Shown here one piece after another: positions 37,208 through 49,500 of a stretch of DNA of 64,000 nucleotides. Within the stretch, counting starts at the first letter, position 1. Every line of letters begins with the position of its first letter. Below the pieces are notes generated by a model, which worked only from the letters and a program-made list of their open reading frames with translations, made no database searches and was not told the DNA's origin. Origin of the DNA: Massalongia carnosa (Eukaryota); contig OZ287082.1 in NCBI GenBank assembly GCA_965645245.1, positions 310,001 through 374,000 of the forward strand, in the 5' to 3' direction. A program made the translations under genes and the position numbers.

Positions 37208-40200
37208 TGTTAGTAGCACTAGTAGATAGAACGGGCTGTGGGCACGACTAGAGGTTATTAAGGCCTTCGTCACTGTTAGGCACGGGACGCCTAGCCAGCC
37301 ACGTGACCCCGAAAAGGGGCACACGCCTATATAGCCCACGCTCGCTACTAGCTAATAGAACAACTTTACCATCCAACTCAAGCACTGACGTAGTCATACG
37401 TCTGGTGCCACGAGTTGGGGTAAACCCACACTGATCAGTTTAGTTATTCAGATCAGAATACCCCAATCATTAAAACCTGAAAACCTCGCTATCGCTGACG
37501 ATGGCAGGTTCTCCGAGCGTTGCTCCGAGCGCCGAAAACGCGATCGAGTCAACCGAGTCAACAAATCCCTTTCCCAACGGCATCGATCCGGAGACGGCCG
37601 ATGCTGAGACAATCAAGAAATATGTTAAATATCACTTCCAAAGATATGCAGACAATAACTACGAGGACTAATATCTATGGAATATCGTCCAGGGAAACTT
37701 CGAGCACTTCAAAGAGGAGCATTTCAACAAATTCGATCGAGACACCTGGGAACTCGTAAAGGCCTACTGCTATCAACACGGCATTTGGATCGATCACAAC
37801 TACGGGCCCGGCAGGACTCGCGCATCCTTCATGAGAAAGGCTATCAACACGGAATGGGAACTGGACTGGACTCTCGAACAAATTAAATGGGTTCAAGGAC
37901 GATATAAACATCTATCCGAGAAAAACCCTCGACCGAAAGCGAGAACTCATGAGCATCATCGAGTCAGATAACCTAAATCTCATCGCTGCAAACTCGCGAG
38001 GTCTATCTGCGGATCCGAGAACACAATCGTACCAGGATACCAGACTCCAGACCCCATTGCATCAGTCTGCATCACCAAATCCGTACATACCTCAGGCACC
38101 CCTCGCGTCGCAGTCCCCACAATTTACTCAGCAGATCTCGCAACAACTACCTCCGAGTCAATCATCGCATCAAACGCCTCATCATCAATTTCAGGAGAAC
38201 TCGACCAATCAATACGCCAAGGAATTGACTCTGCTAGAGAAAATCTACAAGGATAACGACAAGTTTAGTGGCACGGGCGACAACTTCGGTTTCAAACTCA
38301 CCATATTCCTCGACAAATGCAGGCGAGTCGGACTACCTCATATCGCGTTCATTCATGGAGCCTCGATTATGCTTTCTGGTCAGGCATTGACTCATTACTA
38401 TGCAAATCGAGGTTCCGCCGCGTCGTTTGATGATTTCTGTCAAAACATGAGGACATTCTTTGAAGGGCCCGAGTGGGAACGCTACAATCTGGCAAAGTGG
38501 CAAACCATCTCCCTGAACGATGTTATCTCAGCCAACCCCTCGCTGTCGACAACCGAGTGTCTCAGAAAGCTATGTACCGAGCTGTACACGATACAACGAG
38601 GCATCAACACGGCATATCACGGGTCAATTCATCTGCGAGAAAACATCATTCGGGCCTGTAGGGGTCACCCAGCACTCGCGGCCGGTTTAACAAATCCACC
38701 ACAGGACACACCAGGATTGGTCAATAACCTCTATGCCTCAATCGTCAATTATGAAGCGGTGCATAAGTCCGCGCAGGGGAGCTATCTAGGCGAGAATGAG
38801 GACGATGAGGAGTCTTTCTTCACCGATCGGCAGTATCGCCGAGGCGGTTTCAACCCTCGCTCTCGCGGCGGACAACGTTTCAACCGATCAAGTTATTCAT
38901 CTCGAAACCAGTCTCGAAACCCGTCTCGTGGCCCATTGCGTCAAAAACGCTGCTTCGTATGCGATGAAGACGGATGCTGGTCAACGAACCACTCATCGAA
39001 AGAACAGGAGGACTCCAAGAAGCGCTGGGGAGATAGGCATCCCAAGTACAAAAATCGCTCAGGCTATGAACGCAATCTTCGTCAATACATCGCTAATTAT
39101 GAGGGCGATAATGAAGATGAAGACGAAATAGCTCACTTTTTTGGAGACCTGTCCATCGAGGCAAAAGACCCTTCTCTTGATGCAGAGGTCGCTACCGAGA
39201 TGTTTCATACCTCGATTGGCACCCTTCATGCAGTTGAGTCTATTAATGCGATCAACATGCTGACCAATAAGGCCTTCGAACATCGCATAACTTGGTCAGA
39301 CAATACCATCGCCCCCGTCTCAGTGCCCTACAGTTTTATCACGTCAACCGACACTCGCTACGACGAGTCCGAGTTTAAAGGGCTACTGATCGATTCCGGT
39401 GCTGCAACTCGGTCAACCGGTGGCATTGGGCAGCTAAAGGCCTTGCAGAAGATCATCTCGATAAAACTCGACGAGACAACGGCTGGGTCAGCAAATTTCG
39501 TCTTTGGCATCGGTAGTACGTCTTCAATCGGCACGGTCAACCTGAATACCCCCATAGGAAGAATCGTCTTTCATATCGTACGAGTCAATACGCCGTTTCT
39601 CCTCTGCCTCGCCGACATGGACAAGCTAGGTGCCTTCTTCAATAACCTAACCAATCAAGTTGTTCAGGCCCAACATACTCATCCTGTGATTCGCCGGTAT
39701 GGTCATGCGTTTCTTTTATGGTGCACATCCGCATATGCCCTCGCGATTGAATCATTCTCGGAAAATCCATGCTTCTTAACTACCACCGAGCTCCGCCGAC
39801 TACATCGTCGCTTCGGGCACCCATCAGTCTCGCGCCTACATCGGATTCTCGAGCGATCAGGTCATGATGTCGACCTTCGAGCCCTAGAATACCTCGTTAA
39901 ATATTGCCACCATTGTCAGAAGCACGGAAAGTCGCCAGGCAGGTTCGGTTTTACCATAAAAGATGACGTCGAGTTTAATTACCACATTGTCGTCGATATT
40001 CTTTACATAGAAGGCAAGGCGGTGCTGCAGTTAGTCGACGAGGCAACTCGATTTCAAGCAGGACGGTGGCTGAAGGACATTTCGGCCAGACATGTATGGG
40101 ATCAGCTACGGGCATGTTGGATCGATACCTATCTCGGCCCCCCCGACCTCATCTCGGCCGATGCAGGCAAACAGTTCATGGCCAGGGAATTCCGACAATA

Positions 40201-43083
40201 TGCTGCAAACATGGGAATCATTGTCAAAAACGTCCCCGTCGAAGCGCATCACTCCATCGGTCTAGTTGAACACTATCATGGACCACTTCGTCGAGCATAT
40301 AGCATCATAACTGCCGAAATTCCCGGAATCGAGCCCGAGTTGGCCCTACAAATGGAATTCAAGGCACTCAACGACTCGGTAGGACCGAATGGTCTAGTTC
40401 CGACGTTGCTTGTGTTCGGTGCCTACCCGAGAATGACTGAAATGGATGCTCCCTCGCCTACAATCACCCAACGCACGATAGCCATGAGAAAGGCTATGGA
40501 GGAGGTACGCAAGCTGCATGCATCTCGTCAGGTTAATGATGCATTGAACACTCGAAACGGCCCGTCCACCACCTTGATTCACGACTTGCCCATCAATTCG
40601 CCGGTGCTAGTATTCCGAGAAGGCAATGCAGGTCGATCAGGGACGTGGAAGGGACCATACAAACTTCTCAGCCTACAAGGCGAGTCGGCTATCATCGAGC
40701 TGTCGAGCGGACCCACCAAATTCCGTTCCACCTCGTTGAAACCGTACTACGACCTTGCTGCTGATGGCATGAAGGATACAAATAAAGATGAAAAAGATGA
40801 CGAAAGCGCAGGAGACGCCGACGTTGGTGCAGGACGTATAGATGATGGTACAGGAGATGCCTCATCTATTAACCCTCGCACCTCGGGACATGTTCCCTCG
40901 ATCGATGCAAGAGACACCCCTCCTACGAATCCCCTCGTCTCGGGAATCATTGCCCCGACTGCCTCACCTTCATCAGCACCATCAGCACCAGTCAAACGTG
41001 GCCGTGGAAGACCCAGAAAACATCCCGAACATGTCAATTTCACTACGCCTTCCAACATCTGCTTCGTCATCGATACTCCTGAAGATAATGATGACGACAT
41101 CTCGAAATTACCCCAATTCACCTCATCGAGGCAAAAGGAAGTCGCCGGACTTCTAGAAAAAGGTGTATTCAAACTCGTAAAGTCTGAAGACGTTCCAGAT
41201 GACGCACGCGTTTTCAACTCGAGGTTTGTTGACGAAATAAAGAATCCTGGCACCGATAAGGCTTTCGAGAAATCACGTCTGGTCGTACAGGCCTACAATG
41301 ACCTCAATAAAGACCTCGTTCTGACACAGTCACCGACAATTCAACGAGTCAGTCAACGTCTTATCATCTGCCTCACAGCAACATTTCAAAACGAGTCAAC
41401 AAAGCTATACCTTCGCGACGTCACTCAGGCATACGTTCAATCAAATTCCGAGTTGAATCGTGACTTTTACATCCGCCCGCCTCATGAACTCACCGCGATG
41501 ATGGGAGCTCCATCCAACTGCATCCTGAAAGTCATAAAACCTCTCTATGGCGTCCCGGAAGCAGGCAATCATTGGTTCGCCACGTATCATGCCCATCATA
41601 CTAGAAAACTCGGCATGACCGAGTCAACCTACGATCCATGCCAACTCTACAAATCCGAGCCTTTTGGCATCGTTGGCCTACAAACTGACGACACCCTTAT
41701 GCTAGCAAGTGACACCTTTTCGGCCGAAGAAGAAGATGCTATCAAGAAGGCTAAGATCATGACTAAAGAGCGCACTCATCTCATCCTCGAAACCCCAATC
41801 AAGTTCAATGGCACCATGATCCGACTCGCCCCGAGCAGAGACATCATGTTGAGCCAGGAAACTCGTGTTGGAGGCATCTCGCTGGTTAAGAATCATGACG
41901 CCTCGACAACTAGCTCGCGAGGCATCGTTCGAGAAAAGTTGTCTTCGAGAGAGCAATATGTGGCCCAACGAGCTAGAGGTGCATACACAGCCTCCATCTG
42001 TCAGCACGAGGCCTCTTTCGATCTATCTTATGCCGCTCAGTCAACAAAGTTCTCCTCAGATGATATCAATGCCCTAAACAAGCGACTTAAGTGGCAAATA
42101 GACAATCAATCCCGAGGGCTGAAATACGTCAAACTCGATCGAAACAGCCTTCAGTTGGTCGTTTTCACCGATTCATCCTTTGCCAACAACCGAGACCTCT
42201 CATCACAAATCGGTTATGTCATATGCCTTGCTGACTCGACTGACAAAGCCAACGTCATTCATTGGTCATCAATTAAGTTTAAAAGGGTGACGCGGAGTGT
42301 CTTGGCCGCCGAGCTATATGGCATGGCACTTGGGTTCGATATCGGGGCCGTCATAAAGGCAACCCTTAGCAAACTTCTCGGAACCGACATTCCACTGATT
42401 CTCTGCACGGATTCAAAATCGCTATATGACTGCTTAGTAAAACTCGGGACGACTCAAGAGAAACGCTTAATGATTGATGTCATGAGTCTCCGTCAGTCAT
42501 ACGAGAGACGTGAGGTGACCGAGGTGAAATGGATTCATGGCCACAATAACCCCGCCGACTCCATGACCAAGACAAAGGCATCCTCGGCCCTCAAAACGGT
42601 GATTGATACTAATCGCATCAACCTAGATACGACCGAGTGGGTAGAACGAGCATCAGGCTGTAGGGCGGCGATAAAATGGCAGGGTGATGATGTTCAATGA
42701 ACCTGAGGCCGCGCTATGTCAGTTGCGAGTTGGGTTGAGTGAGACGCTATATGAGGCCTCACACAGGCAAGCAAAGCCGGGCGTAGGGGGACAGCAGGCA
42801 TAGATGCAACCCGGCATCGAGGCATAGAGGGGGTTTATTTCATTTTTCTAAGTGGTTCCAGTTTAGTAGCACTAGTAGATAGAACGGGCTGTGGGCACGA
42901 CTAGAGGTTATTAAGGCCTTCGTCACTGTTAGGCACGGGACGCCTAGCCAGCCACGTGACCCCAAAAAGGGGCACACGCCTATATAGCCCACGCTCGCTA
43001 CTAGCTAATAGAAAAACTTTTCCATCCAACTCAAGCACTGACGTAGTCATACGTCTGGTGCCACGAGTTGGGGTAAACCCACA
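37208..43083 (+). mobile_element. Ty1/copia retrotransposon E (GalEa-like), young
   Basis: 223-bp LTRs 37208-37430 and 42861-43083 with few differences; TSD ACATG; palindrome ACTGATCAGT where a PBS would be. Confidence 0.95.
37949..42700 (+). CDS. copia E gag-pol polyprotein (the likely true start, ATG 37501, is cut off by a stop at 37669 and a frameshift near 37921)
   Basis: [20 protein letters not shown] protease; HRRFGH...CHHC and ADAG integrase; KPLYG/QTDD RT; FTDSS, AAELY, TDSKSL, NPADS RNase H. Confidence 0.92.
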   Translation: MSIIESDNLNLIAANSRGLSADPRTQSYQDTRLQTPLHQSASPNPYIPQAPLASQSPQFTQQISQQLPPSQSSHQTPHHQFQENSTNQYAKELTLLEKIYKDNDKFSGTGDNFGFKLTIFLDKCRRVGLPHIAFIHGASIMLSGQALTHYYANRGSAASFDDFCQNMRTFFEGPEWERYNLAKWQTISLNDVISANPSLSTTECLRKLCTELYTIQRGINTAYHGSIHLRENIIRACRGHPALAAGLTNPPQDTPGLVNNLYASIVNYEAVHKSAQGSYLGENEDDEESFFTDRQYRRGGFNPRSRGGQRFNRSSYSSRNQSRNPSRGPLRQKRCFVCDEDGCWSTNHSSKEQEDSKKRWGDRHPKYKNRSGYERNLRQYIANYEGDNEDEDEIAHFFGDLSIEAKDPSLDAEVATEMFHTSIGTLHAVESINAINMLTNKAFEHRITWSDNTIAPVSVPYSFITSTDTRYDESEFKGLLIDSGAATRSTGGIGQLKALQKIISIKLDETTAGSANFVFGIGSTSSIGTVNLNTPIGRIVFHIVRVNTPFLLCLADMDKLGAFFNNLTNQVVQAQHTHPVIRRYGHAFLLWCTSAYALAIESFSENPCFLTTTELRRLHRRFGHPSVSRLHRILERSGHDVDLRALEYLVKYCHHCQKHGKSPGRFGFTIKDDVEFNYHIVVDILYIEGKAVLQLVDEATRFQAGRWLKDISARHVWDQLRACWIDTYLGPPDLISADAGKQFMAREFRQYAANMGIIVKNVPVEAHHSIGLVEHYHGPLRRAYSIITAEIPGIEPELALQMEFKALNDSVGPNGLVPTLLVFGAYPRMTEMDAPSPTITQRTIAMRKAMEEVRKLHASRQVNDALNTRNGPSTTLIHDLPINSPVLVFREGNAGRSGTWKGPYKLLSLQGESAIIELSSGPTKFRSTSLKPYYDLAADGMKDTNKDEKDDESAGDADVGAGRIDDGTGDASSINPRTSGHVPSIDARDTPPTNPLVSGIIAPTASPSSAPSAPVKRGRGRPRKHPEHVNFTTPSNICFVIDTPEDNDDDISKLPQFTSSRQKEVAGLLEKGVFKLVKSEDVPDDARVFNSRFVDEIKNPGTDKAFEKSRLVVQAYNDLNKDLVLTQSPTIQRVSQRLIICLTATFQNESTKLYLRDVTQAYVQSNSELNRDFYIRPPHELTAMMGAPSNCILKVIKPLYGVPEAGNHWFATYHAHHTRKLGMTESTYDPCQLYKSEPFGIVGLQTDDTLMLASDTFSAEEEDAIKKAKIMTKERTHLILETPIKFNGTMIRLAPSRDIMLSQETRVGGISLVKNHDASTTSSRGIVREKLSSREQYVAQRARGAYTASICQHEASFDLSYAAQSTKFSSDDINALNKRLKWQIDNQSRGLKYVKLDRNSLQLVVFTDSSFANNRDLSSQIGYVICLADSTDKANVIHWSSIKFKRVTRSVLAAELYGMALGFDIGAVIKATLSKLLGTDIPLILCTDSKSLYDCLVKLGTTQEKRLMIDVMSLRQSYERREVTEVKWIHGHNNPADSMTKTKASSALKTVIDTNRINLDTTEWVERASGCRAAIKWQGDDVQ

Positions 43084-43254
43084 ACATGATTATATGTTTC
43101 GCGTTTTGTTTTGGCCAGCCACATGGATACTTCGGTGTCAAGACTTCGGGAACGCGACGTCTAAATAGGAAGTCGGCTAGGCCTATCTTTTCTGAGCGTA
43201 TTTGAATTGTTAGAGCGCTTTTTGCTTTGGCTAGAGTTTCTTGTAGTTTTACGC

Positions 43255-43574
43255 TGTAGAGGGGTAGAGTGGAACTCTACCGGGTCGGTGGCAAGTCAGG
43301 TGATTGGTCAGGTGGTCGGGTACTGGCGTCTTGGTGTTCCAGTTATATGAGTCTTTTTCTTGCACTTTTCCTTCTCATCTTTCGGGATATCCATCTTCGG
43401 ATCCTACTGCTATTAACACATACAGCTATCATAGACACTTATATTCATACAGCTAGTCGGCCATTGATGGGCATGACGATTCAATCATCGATGCAGTGAG
43501 GCTTTGTTGATTCGGCCATTTGTTTATTTATTCCATCCTTCTATCGTTCGCCACTACCCAGTTTATCCCTTCAA
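43255..43574. mobile_element. Probable solo LTR in the LINE
   Basis: Starts TGTAGA; absent from the sister LINE copy; flanks TACGC/AACGC. Confidence 0.65.
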
Positions 43575-43741
43575 AACGCGTGTTTTTGTGAGTAGAGCTG
43601 CTTGTGCTATAGTAGGCTTAGATATAAGGTTCTGATATGATTTCCAAGAGGTATGCCATGCGTCTGTATATCTTTGTTTTATTTTTGCGATTATTTTGCC
43701 TTGAACGGCACGCGCTTCTCGGATATCTCAAGCTATATTTG

Positions 43742-44230
43742 TGTCACGGACAAGGTCCAGATAGGGAGATATACAAGAGTTACTATTTAGAAAGCTAGGT
43801 CTAGGTAAGTATACAAGACGTCCGACGAAGAGCTCCAAACACCTGAGAAACCACATAGGTTTTATAGCCATGGCTTCCAACTCCCCTATTCTTGACTTGC
43901 CCTCATCTCTGTTCCTGTTCTAATTTCCTAACCATGATCGCTTTGACCTGTTCCGCCTTTCTCCATGCCGAAGCAATCTCTCTCTGCTGGGCAATCCCAG
44001 TCGTAGGCTTGGATAGTGGAGACGTTGAGATTGGATTCGGAATATAGGAGTTTGGGAGTGCACTGAAGGCAGCGGAAGAACGTCTGAACACATGGGGCGA
44101 GGTTTCAGGATAGTTCGGAATAACGGGCCACGGTTCTATTCAACATGCAGGGCAGGTTTCACGGCAAGAGAGCCTGTTAAATACTAACCCGATCAGGAAA
44201 CGTGGGAGGGTGCGAGGTAATTCCATGACA
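43742..44230. mobile_element. Solo LTR
   Basis: TGTCA...TGACA; TSD ATTTG; homologous to 56415-56846. Confidence 0.9.
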
Positions 44231-44253
44231 ATTTGGGGTGATAAAACGTTTAT

Positions 44254-44442
44254 TTAATTTGATTTGATTATTCTTACGCCGTTGTGTTACCGGCCGAAGG
44301 CCGGCCCATGCGGGAGATGCTATATAAGCTATGTAATAAGTAGAAAACCTAAAGGTGAAAAACTACTCCTGCGTATCCGCTTCATCGAGGGTTCGCCGCT
44401 CCCGCGGATTGATTCCTATATCTCGAAAATCTGCGATACCTG
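44254..44442 (-). mobile_element. Short LINE 3'-end insertion
   Basis: Conserved CCGGCCGAAGGCCGG hairpin; 14-bp TSD GATAAAACGTTTAT at 44240 and 44443. Confidence 0.8.
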
Positions 44443-44471
44443 GATAAAACGTTTATATCACAGAATAAGAA

Positions 44472-45481
44472 CCTACCATGGGCCGAAACTCCCCCAAATA
44501 CAGCTCGAGATATCCAAGAAGCGCGTGCCGTTCAAGGCAAAATAATCGCAAAAATAAAACAACGACATACAGACACATGGCAGACCTCTTGGAAATCATA
44601 TCAGAACCTCACATCTACGCCTACTCTAGCACAAGCAGCCCCACTCACAAAAACACGCATCAAATTACACGAAACTCTAGCTAAAGCAGAAAGCGCTCTA
44701 TCAATTCAGATACGGTCTGAAAAGATAGGTCTAGCCGACTTCCTATTTAGACGTCGCGTTCCCGACGTCTTGACACCGAAGTTTCCATGTGGCTGGCCAA
44801 AACAAACCGCGAAACATGTAATCATGTTTTGCACACTCAACAGTAACAGACGTTCAATATTACGCTCTATAGGAACAAATAATTATAGACTCATTACTGA
44901 CTTATCTAGAGCCATGAAACTAGTTACCGCTTGGTTAATAAAGACCGGCTCACTTGTCACGACTCTACACGGCACGACCTCGGCACTCGGCACCGCCTAG
45001 GGTAATAGTAGATAGAACATGCAGGCACTTTCGATTTCGTTCCCGCAGCTACTAGAAGATTCCATGACGACTACACTATATGGGTACTAGCGCAGTAGAG
45101 GATATATAGGAGCAGGTTCTGGTTGTCGATTGTAGTTTTCCTTCTTTATCTTTATTGTATTCGTTTCTAGTGTCCCTATGACTTATCTCTAGGTAGATCA
45201 TAACATCACTAACTCAGTTCTCACTGGCAGCACAGTATTTATATCGTTGACAATTGGCGATTAAATACGTCGATTCTTTTCTTTAGCTTTTCATCGGTCA
45301 ACTGTTCTTTAGGAAGATCTCTCGACGGAGACTCGGAGAGTATTCGTAGAAGTATCGGATTACTTGGTTTTTATTTCTCAAAAGGTTTTCCATGTATTAT
45401 ATAATCCCATAGACTTGCCCGCATGGGCCGGCCTTCGGCCGGTACCACATCGGAATAAGAATTATTATCATCATCATCAGT
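44472..45481 (+). mobile_element. 5'-truncated Tad1-like LINE containing a solo LTR (44955-45205, TSD TCACT)
   Basis: KAESAL...QIR motif; hairpin; (ATC)n tail; 12-bp TSD ACAGAATAAGAA at 44460 and 45482. Confidence 0.88.
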
Positions 45482-46099
45482 ACAGAATAAGAAATTGTTT
45501 TAAATTGTAGAAAATTCTGCAATTTAATTTGCAGATTATATCTGATTCTTCGTATTTTCTTGACATTAAAACGTAAATTAACTGATCAATTATTTCATAT
45601 AAGAAAACAATAACAACATTAAACTATTCGATATTTATATTATAATATACTTTTATAATAAATAACAATTGAAAAATCACAAATTCATAACGAAAGTATA
45701 AATCTGTTCCAAATCTATTTCGTATTGTTGAAAATATTTGTTTATTATTTATCTGACTTTGAATTGTATGCGACAAGAATTCAAAAGGAATTTCGAAATG
45801 ATTTTTTTGTATTTTATTAATGAAGTAAATTCAAATATGTGACGGTTCAACCAGGATATGGAATTGATTATATACTGGGAAGTTATACACTATAAAATAT
45901 TAAAGATGCAGAATGGAAAAAACAAAATGCTTCCTTTCTAGAAGTATATGAAGATAATCGCTTGACCCGATTCAGCTGCTTGTCTCTCTCTTGATAAGTG
46001 ATCAGCTTAGTCAAACAGTCTTTCTATCCTTTATCACTTTTATCTATTTGTGTTTGCTTAAAATTTCGTTCCGATATGTCCTTTTCAGTCCTTTCAGAC

Positions 46100-46251
46100 T
46101 ACGCCGCGCAACGGGTTGGATTTTCGCCACAAAATTGCTTTTTCGCAACCGGGTTTTTCTTTTAAAACCCAACCCGGACACCAAAAATCATAGGGTTCGC
46201 CACAAACGGGTTAGGTTTTCAATAGAGAAACCCGACCTGTTGCGCGGCGTA
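46100..46251. mobile_element. MITE (hAT-like)
   Basis: TACGCCGCGCAAC TIRs; perfect TSD TTTCAGAC. Confidence 0.92.
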
Positions 46252-46392
46252 TTTCAGACCTCTGTTGAATGCTCCTATAATTGTTTGATGATGACCGGCT
46301 ACCTACGGTTTCCGTAGATAGAAATAAGATTTAGCGTCCCGGAGCTTTCAGTCTATATGTCCGTCTAATCTACCGCTAAAATAGTTGAGTAA

Positions 46393-46512
46393 TGTAACGG
46401 TTCGACCAAGCGTGGTGCGGACGGCAGGACCTATAGCGAACATAGCAGGAGTCCCAGTTATAGATAGTAGAATAGTGCTTGGTCTACGGACTTAGTATTG
46501 TGCCTTTTGGTC
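46393..46512 (+). repeat. Truncated LTR of the 170-bp TRIM family
   Basis: Matches 36690-36805. Confidence 0.85.
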
Positions 46513-46543
46513 AATACGATGTTCAAGGGGCTCACGTATTGAG

Positions 46544-49500
46544 TGTCACGGTTCTACTTGGCACTACTTCGGTAGACCGGAGCGGAACAAGCCGCAAGCT
46601 GAAGTCACGGGATCGCGTGTGCGTGCTAGACTCATCGCGGCATTCACGGTTTCCATAGAGGGCTAGGGGCCGCTGGACTATATAGGGGCGAGATTTGTCT
46701 TTCAATTGTTCTTTTCTTCTTCATCTTGATTGTATTCGTTTCTAGTGTCCCTATGACTTGTCTCTAGGTAGATCATAACATTACAATCAAGATCATTTGC
46801 CTTCGCTATCCTACGTGAGGGATATAAAAGAACTCACCTGAACCACGAAGACCCTGAAAAGAAACCGAACCAGAACCAAAACGATGAATCGAAACGAAAC
46901 CAGAAGAACCAGAGACCGCCACTGCGTTGGCACCGAACCGAACCGAACCGAACTGAACCAAACCCAGAAAACGAACCTAGAAGAACCGAAGGAAGCCTCC
47001 CCTACAGTGATGGCGCGACCCATGATAATCGAAGATGACCTCCCAACTAGACGGGAGTCCATCATTCCAGAAACCCGAGAAACTAACGACGAACTAGAAG
47101 TAGCTGAACCTATGATGGTGGAGAACGTGCGACAATTGAAGGCATGGATGGAGCATGACCCACAAGCGGTATCCGACATGTTCCAGGATCTGAAGGCCAC
47201 CTACCTCGACAATCTCATCCGCCATGGTAACGCGGTCGGAAAGACGGAATGTTTTCGAGATAGGATAAACCGGCTAGAGGGAATTGTGGAGTACCAGAAG
47301 GAGGAACTCAGGGAGGCATGGCGTCAGGCCACCAAGGAACCAACCCGAGAACCATCACGCCCTCGCTCTCCTTCTCACACACCCAGCACCCAGGTGACCG
47401 ATGGAACGGACAAGAAGAAGTCCATGAAACTCCCTGACTCACCCATCTTTACCGATGGAAAAGAAATTTCCATTGACCATTGGCTGACGAAGATGCGGAG
47501 CAAACTAGCGGCCAATGATGACCACATGCCGACAGAAGTCCAAAAGAAGGCATACGTGGAGAACCGGGTCGGTGGCGAAGCTATGGGTCACCTTGAACCT
47601 CGACTTCGGAAAGGTGCCATCAGACCCTTTACGACGGCCGAGGAAATGTTCGACCAATTAGAACGCATATACGGCGACCCTAACCGGAAGCGGACCGCCA
47701 TGAACAATTTCCGAGCGCTCAAACAAGGAAGCAAGGACTTCAACACCTTTTGGGCCGAGTTTCAACGTCTAGCAGCTGAGTTGGACCATAACGAGGAAAC
47801 GCTAATCGGTGAATTGAAGTATAAGCTCTCTTGGGAAATGTGCAACAGGACACGCTTTCATTGATGAAACGACTGCGCGTGAAGTTTGCGAAAAGCTTCA
47901 GATTTCCCCTCAGAGACTAACACGACCGAAACCGGTGAAAGGATTCGATGCTAAAAGAGGTAAAGACATTACTCATGCCATCTATCCTACTCTTACCGTG
48001 CAAGACCATATGGAAACGGTCGCCCCCCTGTTGATCACCCAACTCGGACAACACAAGATGATTCTCGGAAAACCATGGATGAGGAAGCACGGGGTGATCA
48101 TAGACATGGCCACCGACCAGATAGTCTTTTGGCCCGGACACTGCACGCATTCGGGTATATCGAAGCCACCATCAGAAAAGAAGATAACGAAGACGACAAA
48201 AGAACCCGCTGAACCGAAGAAGGTCATGAAAATCCTGACCAGAACGAATCAAAACGAACCTGGAAAAATCAGGCCAGAACCGGCAATTTCAACCAAGACG
48301 ACGTCGAACAAGGGACTATCAGAAGGACTATCAGACTCCGGAATCAAGATTAAACCGACTACCGAGGAAAAGCCGCTAGAGATGGCGATGATAGGGGCCG
48401 CTGCGTACCGATTATTGTCCAAACAAAAGGACGTTGAATTATTTTCCATCTCATTGAAAGACATCTAGTACCAGCTGAATAAAGAAGACCGTCCCCTTAC
48501 TGACCCGAAGACCGTAGTTCCCCCAGATTACCATGAATTCCTGGATGTGTTTTCAAAGGCTGCATCCGACACGCTGGCACCTCACCGCCCCCATGATCAT
48601 CGAATCATTCTGGAAGGGAGAAAAGATCACGGACACAGCCCTCTCAGAAGCATGTCCCAAAAAGAGCTGGAATTCGTCAAGAAATACCTGGAAGAGAACC
48701 TCCGAAAAGGGTTCATTGAGGCTAGCCACGCAGCTTGTTCGTCCCCAATTCTTTTGGCCAGAAAACCCAATGGAGGACTTCGCTTTTGTGTCGACTATAG
48801 AAGGCTAAACCAGCTGTCAAAGAAAGACCGCTATCCAATCCCGCTGATCGAGGAAACACTGGAACAGCTGAAGGAAGCTAAGATCATTTCAAAAATCGAC
48901 ATCCGACAGGCGTTCCACAAGCTCCGAATGGCCATGGAATCTGAAGACCTGACCACGTTCAACTCCCATTTTGGCTCTTATAAATACAAGGTATTACCGT
49001 TTGGACTTTCCGGAGGACCGTCGACCTGGCAGCACTTCATCAATGATGTGTTGTTCGATTATCTGGACAAATTCTGCACGGCCTACCTGGATGACATTCT
49101 AATTTATAGCAAGAACCTGGAAGAGCATCGGGAACACGTGCGGGTCGTTTTGACAAAGCTTCGAGAGGCCGGACTTCAGGCTGACGTAGACAAATGTGAA
49201 TTCCATGTGACGGAAACGAAATATCTAGGACTGATCATAGGAGTTGATGGCATTCGCATGGACCCAGCCAAAATCAAAGCTATTCAGGAATGGGAGACCC
49301 CCACCTGCCTACGTGAAGTTCGGTCGTTCATTGGTTTTTGCAATTTCTATCGTCGGTTCATCAGGGTTTTTCAAAAATTGCCAAACCATTGAACGCCCAT
49401 ACAAAGAAAGAACGGATATTCGAGTGGACCCCAGCATGTGAAAAGGCTTTCAGGACGTTACAGAAACGGATCGTTGAAGCCCCAATCCTCATACATTTCG

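Larger units (their letters stand above)
36632..44239 (-). mobile_element. 5'-truncated Tad1-like LINE expanded by four nested LTR insertions
   Basis: Pieces 36632-37207, 43084-43741 and 44231-44239 are the reverse complement of 44490-45480; flanked by GATAAA(A)CGTTTAT. Confidence 0.85.

Noticed and set aside
43903..44091. Similar short ORFs at 43903 and 56417
   Set aside because: Both lie within solo LTRs of one family and the frames diverge
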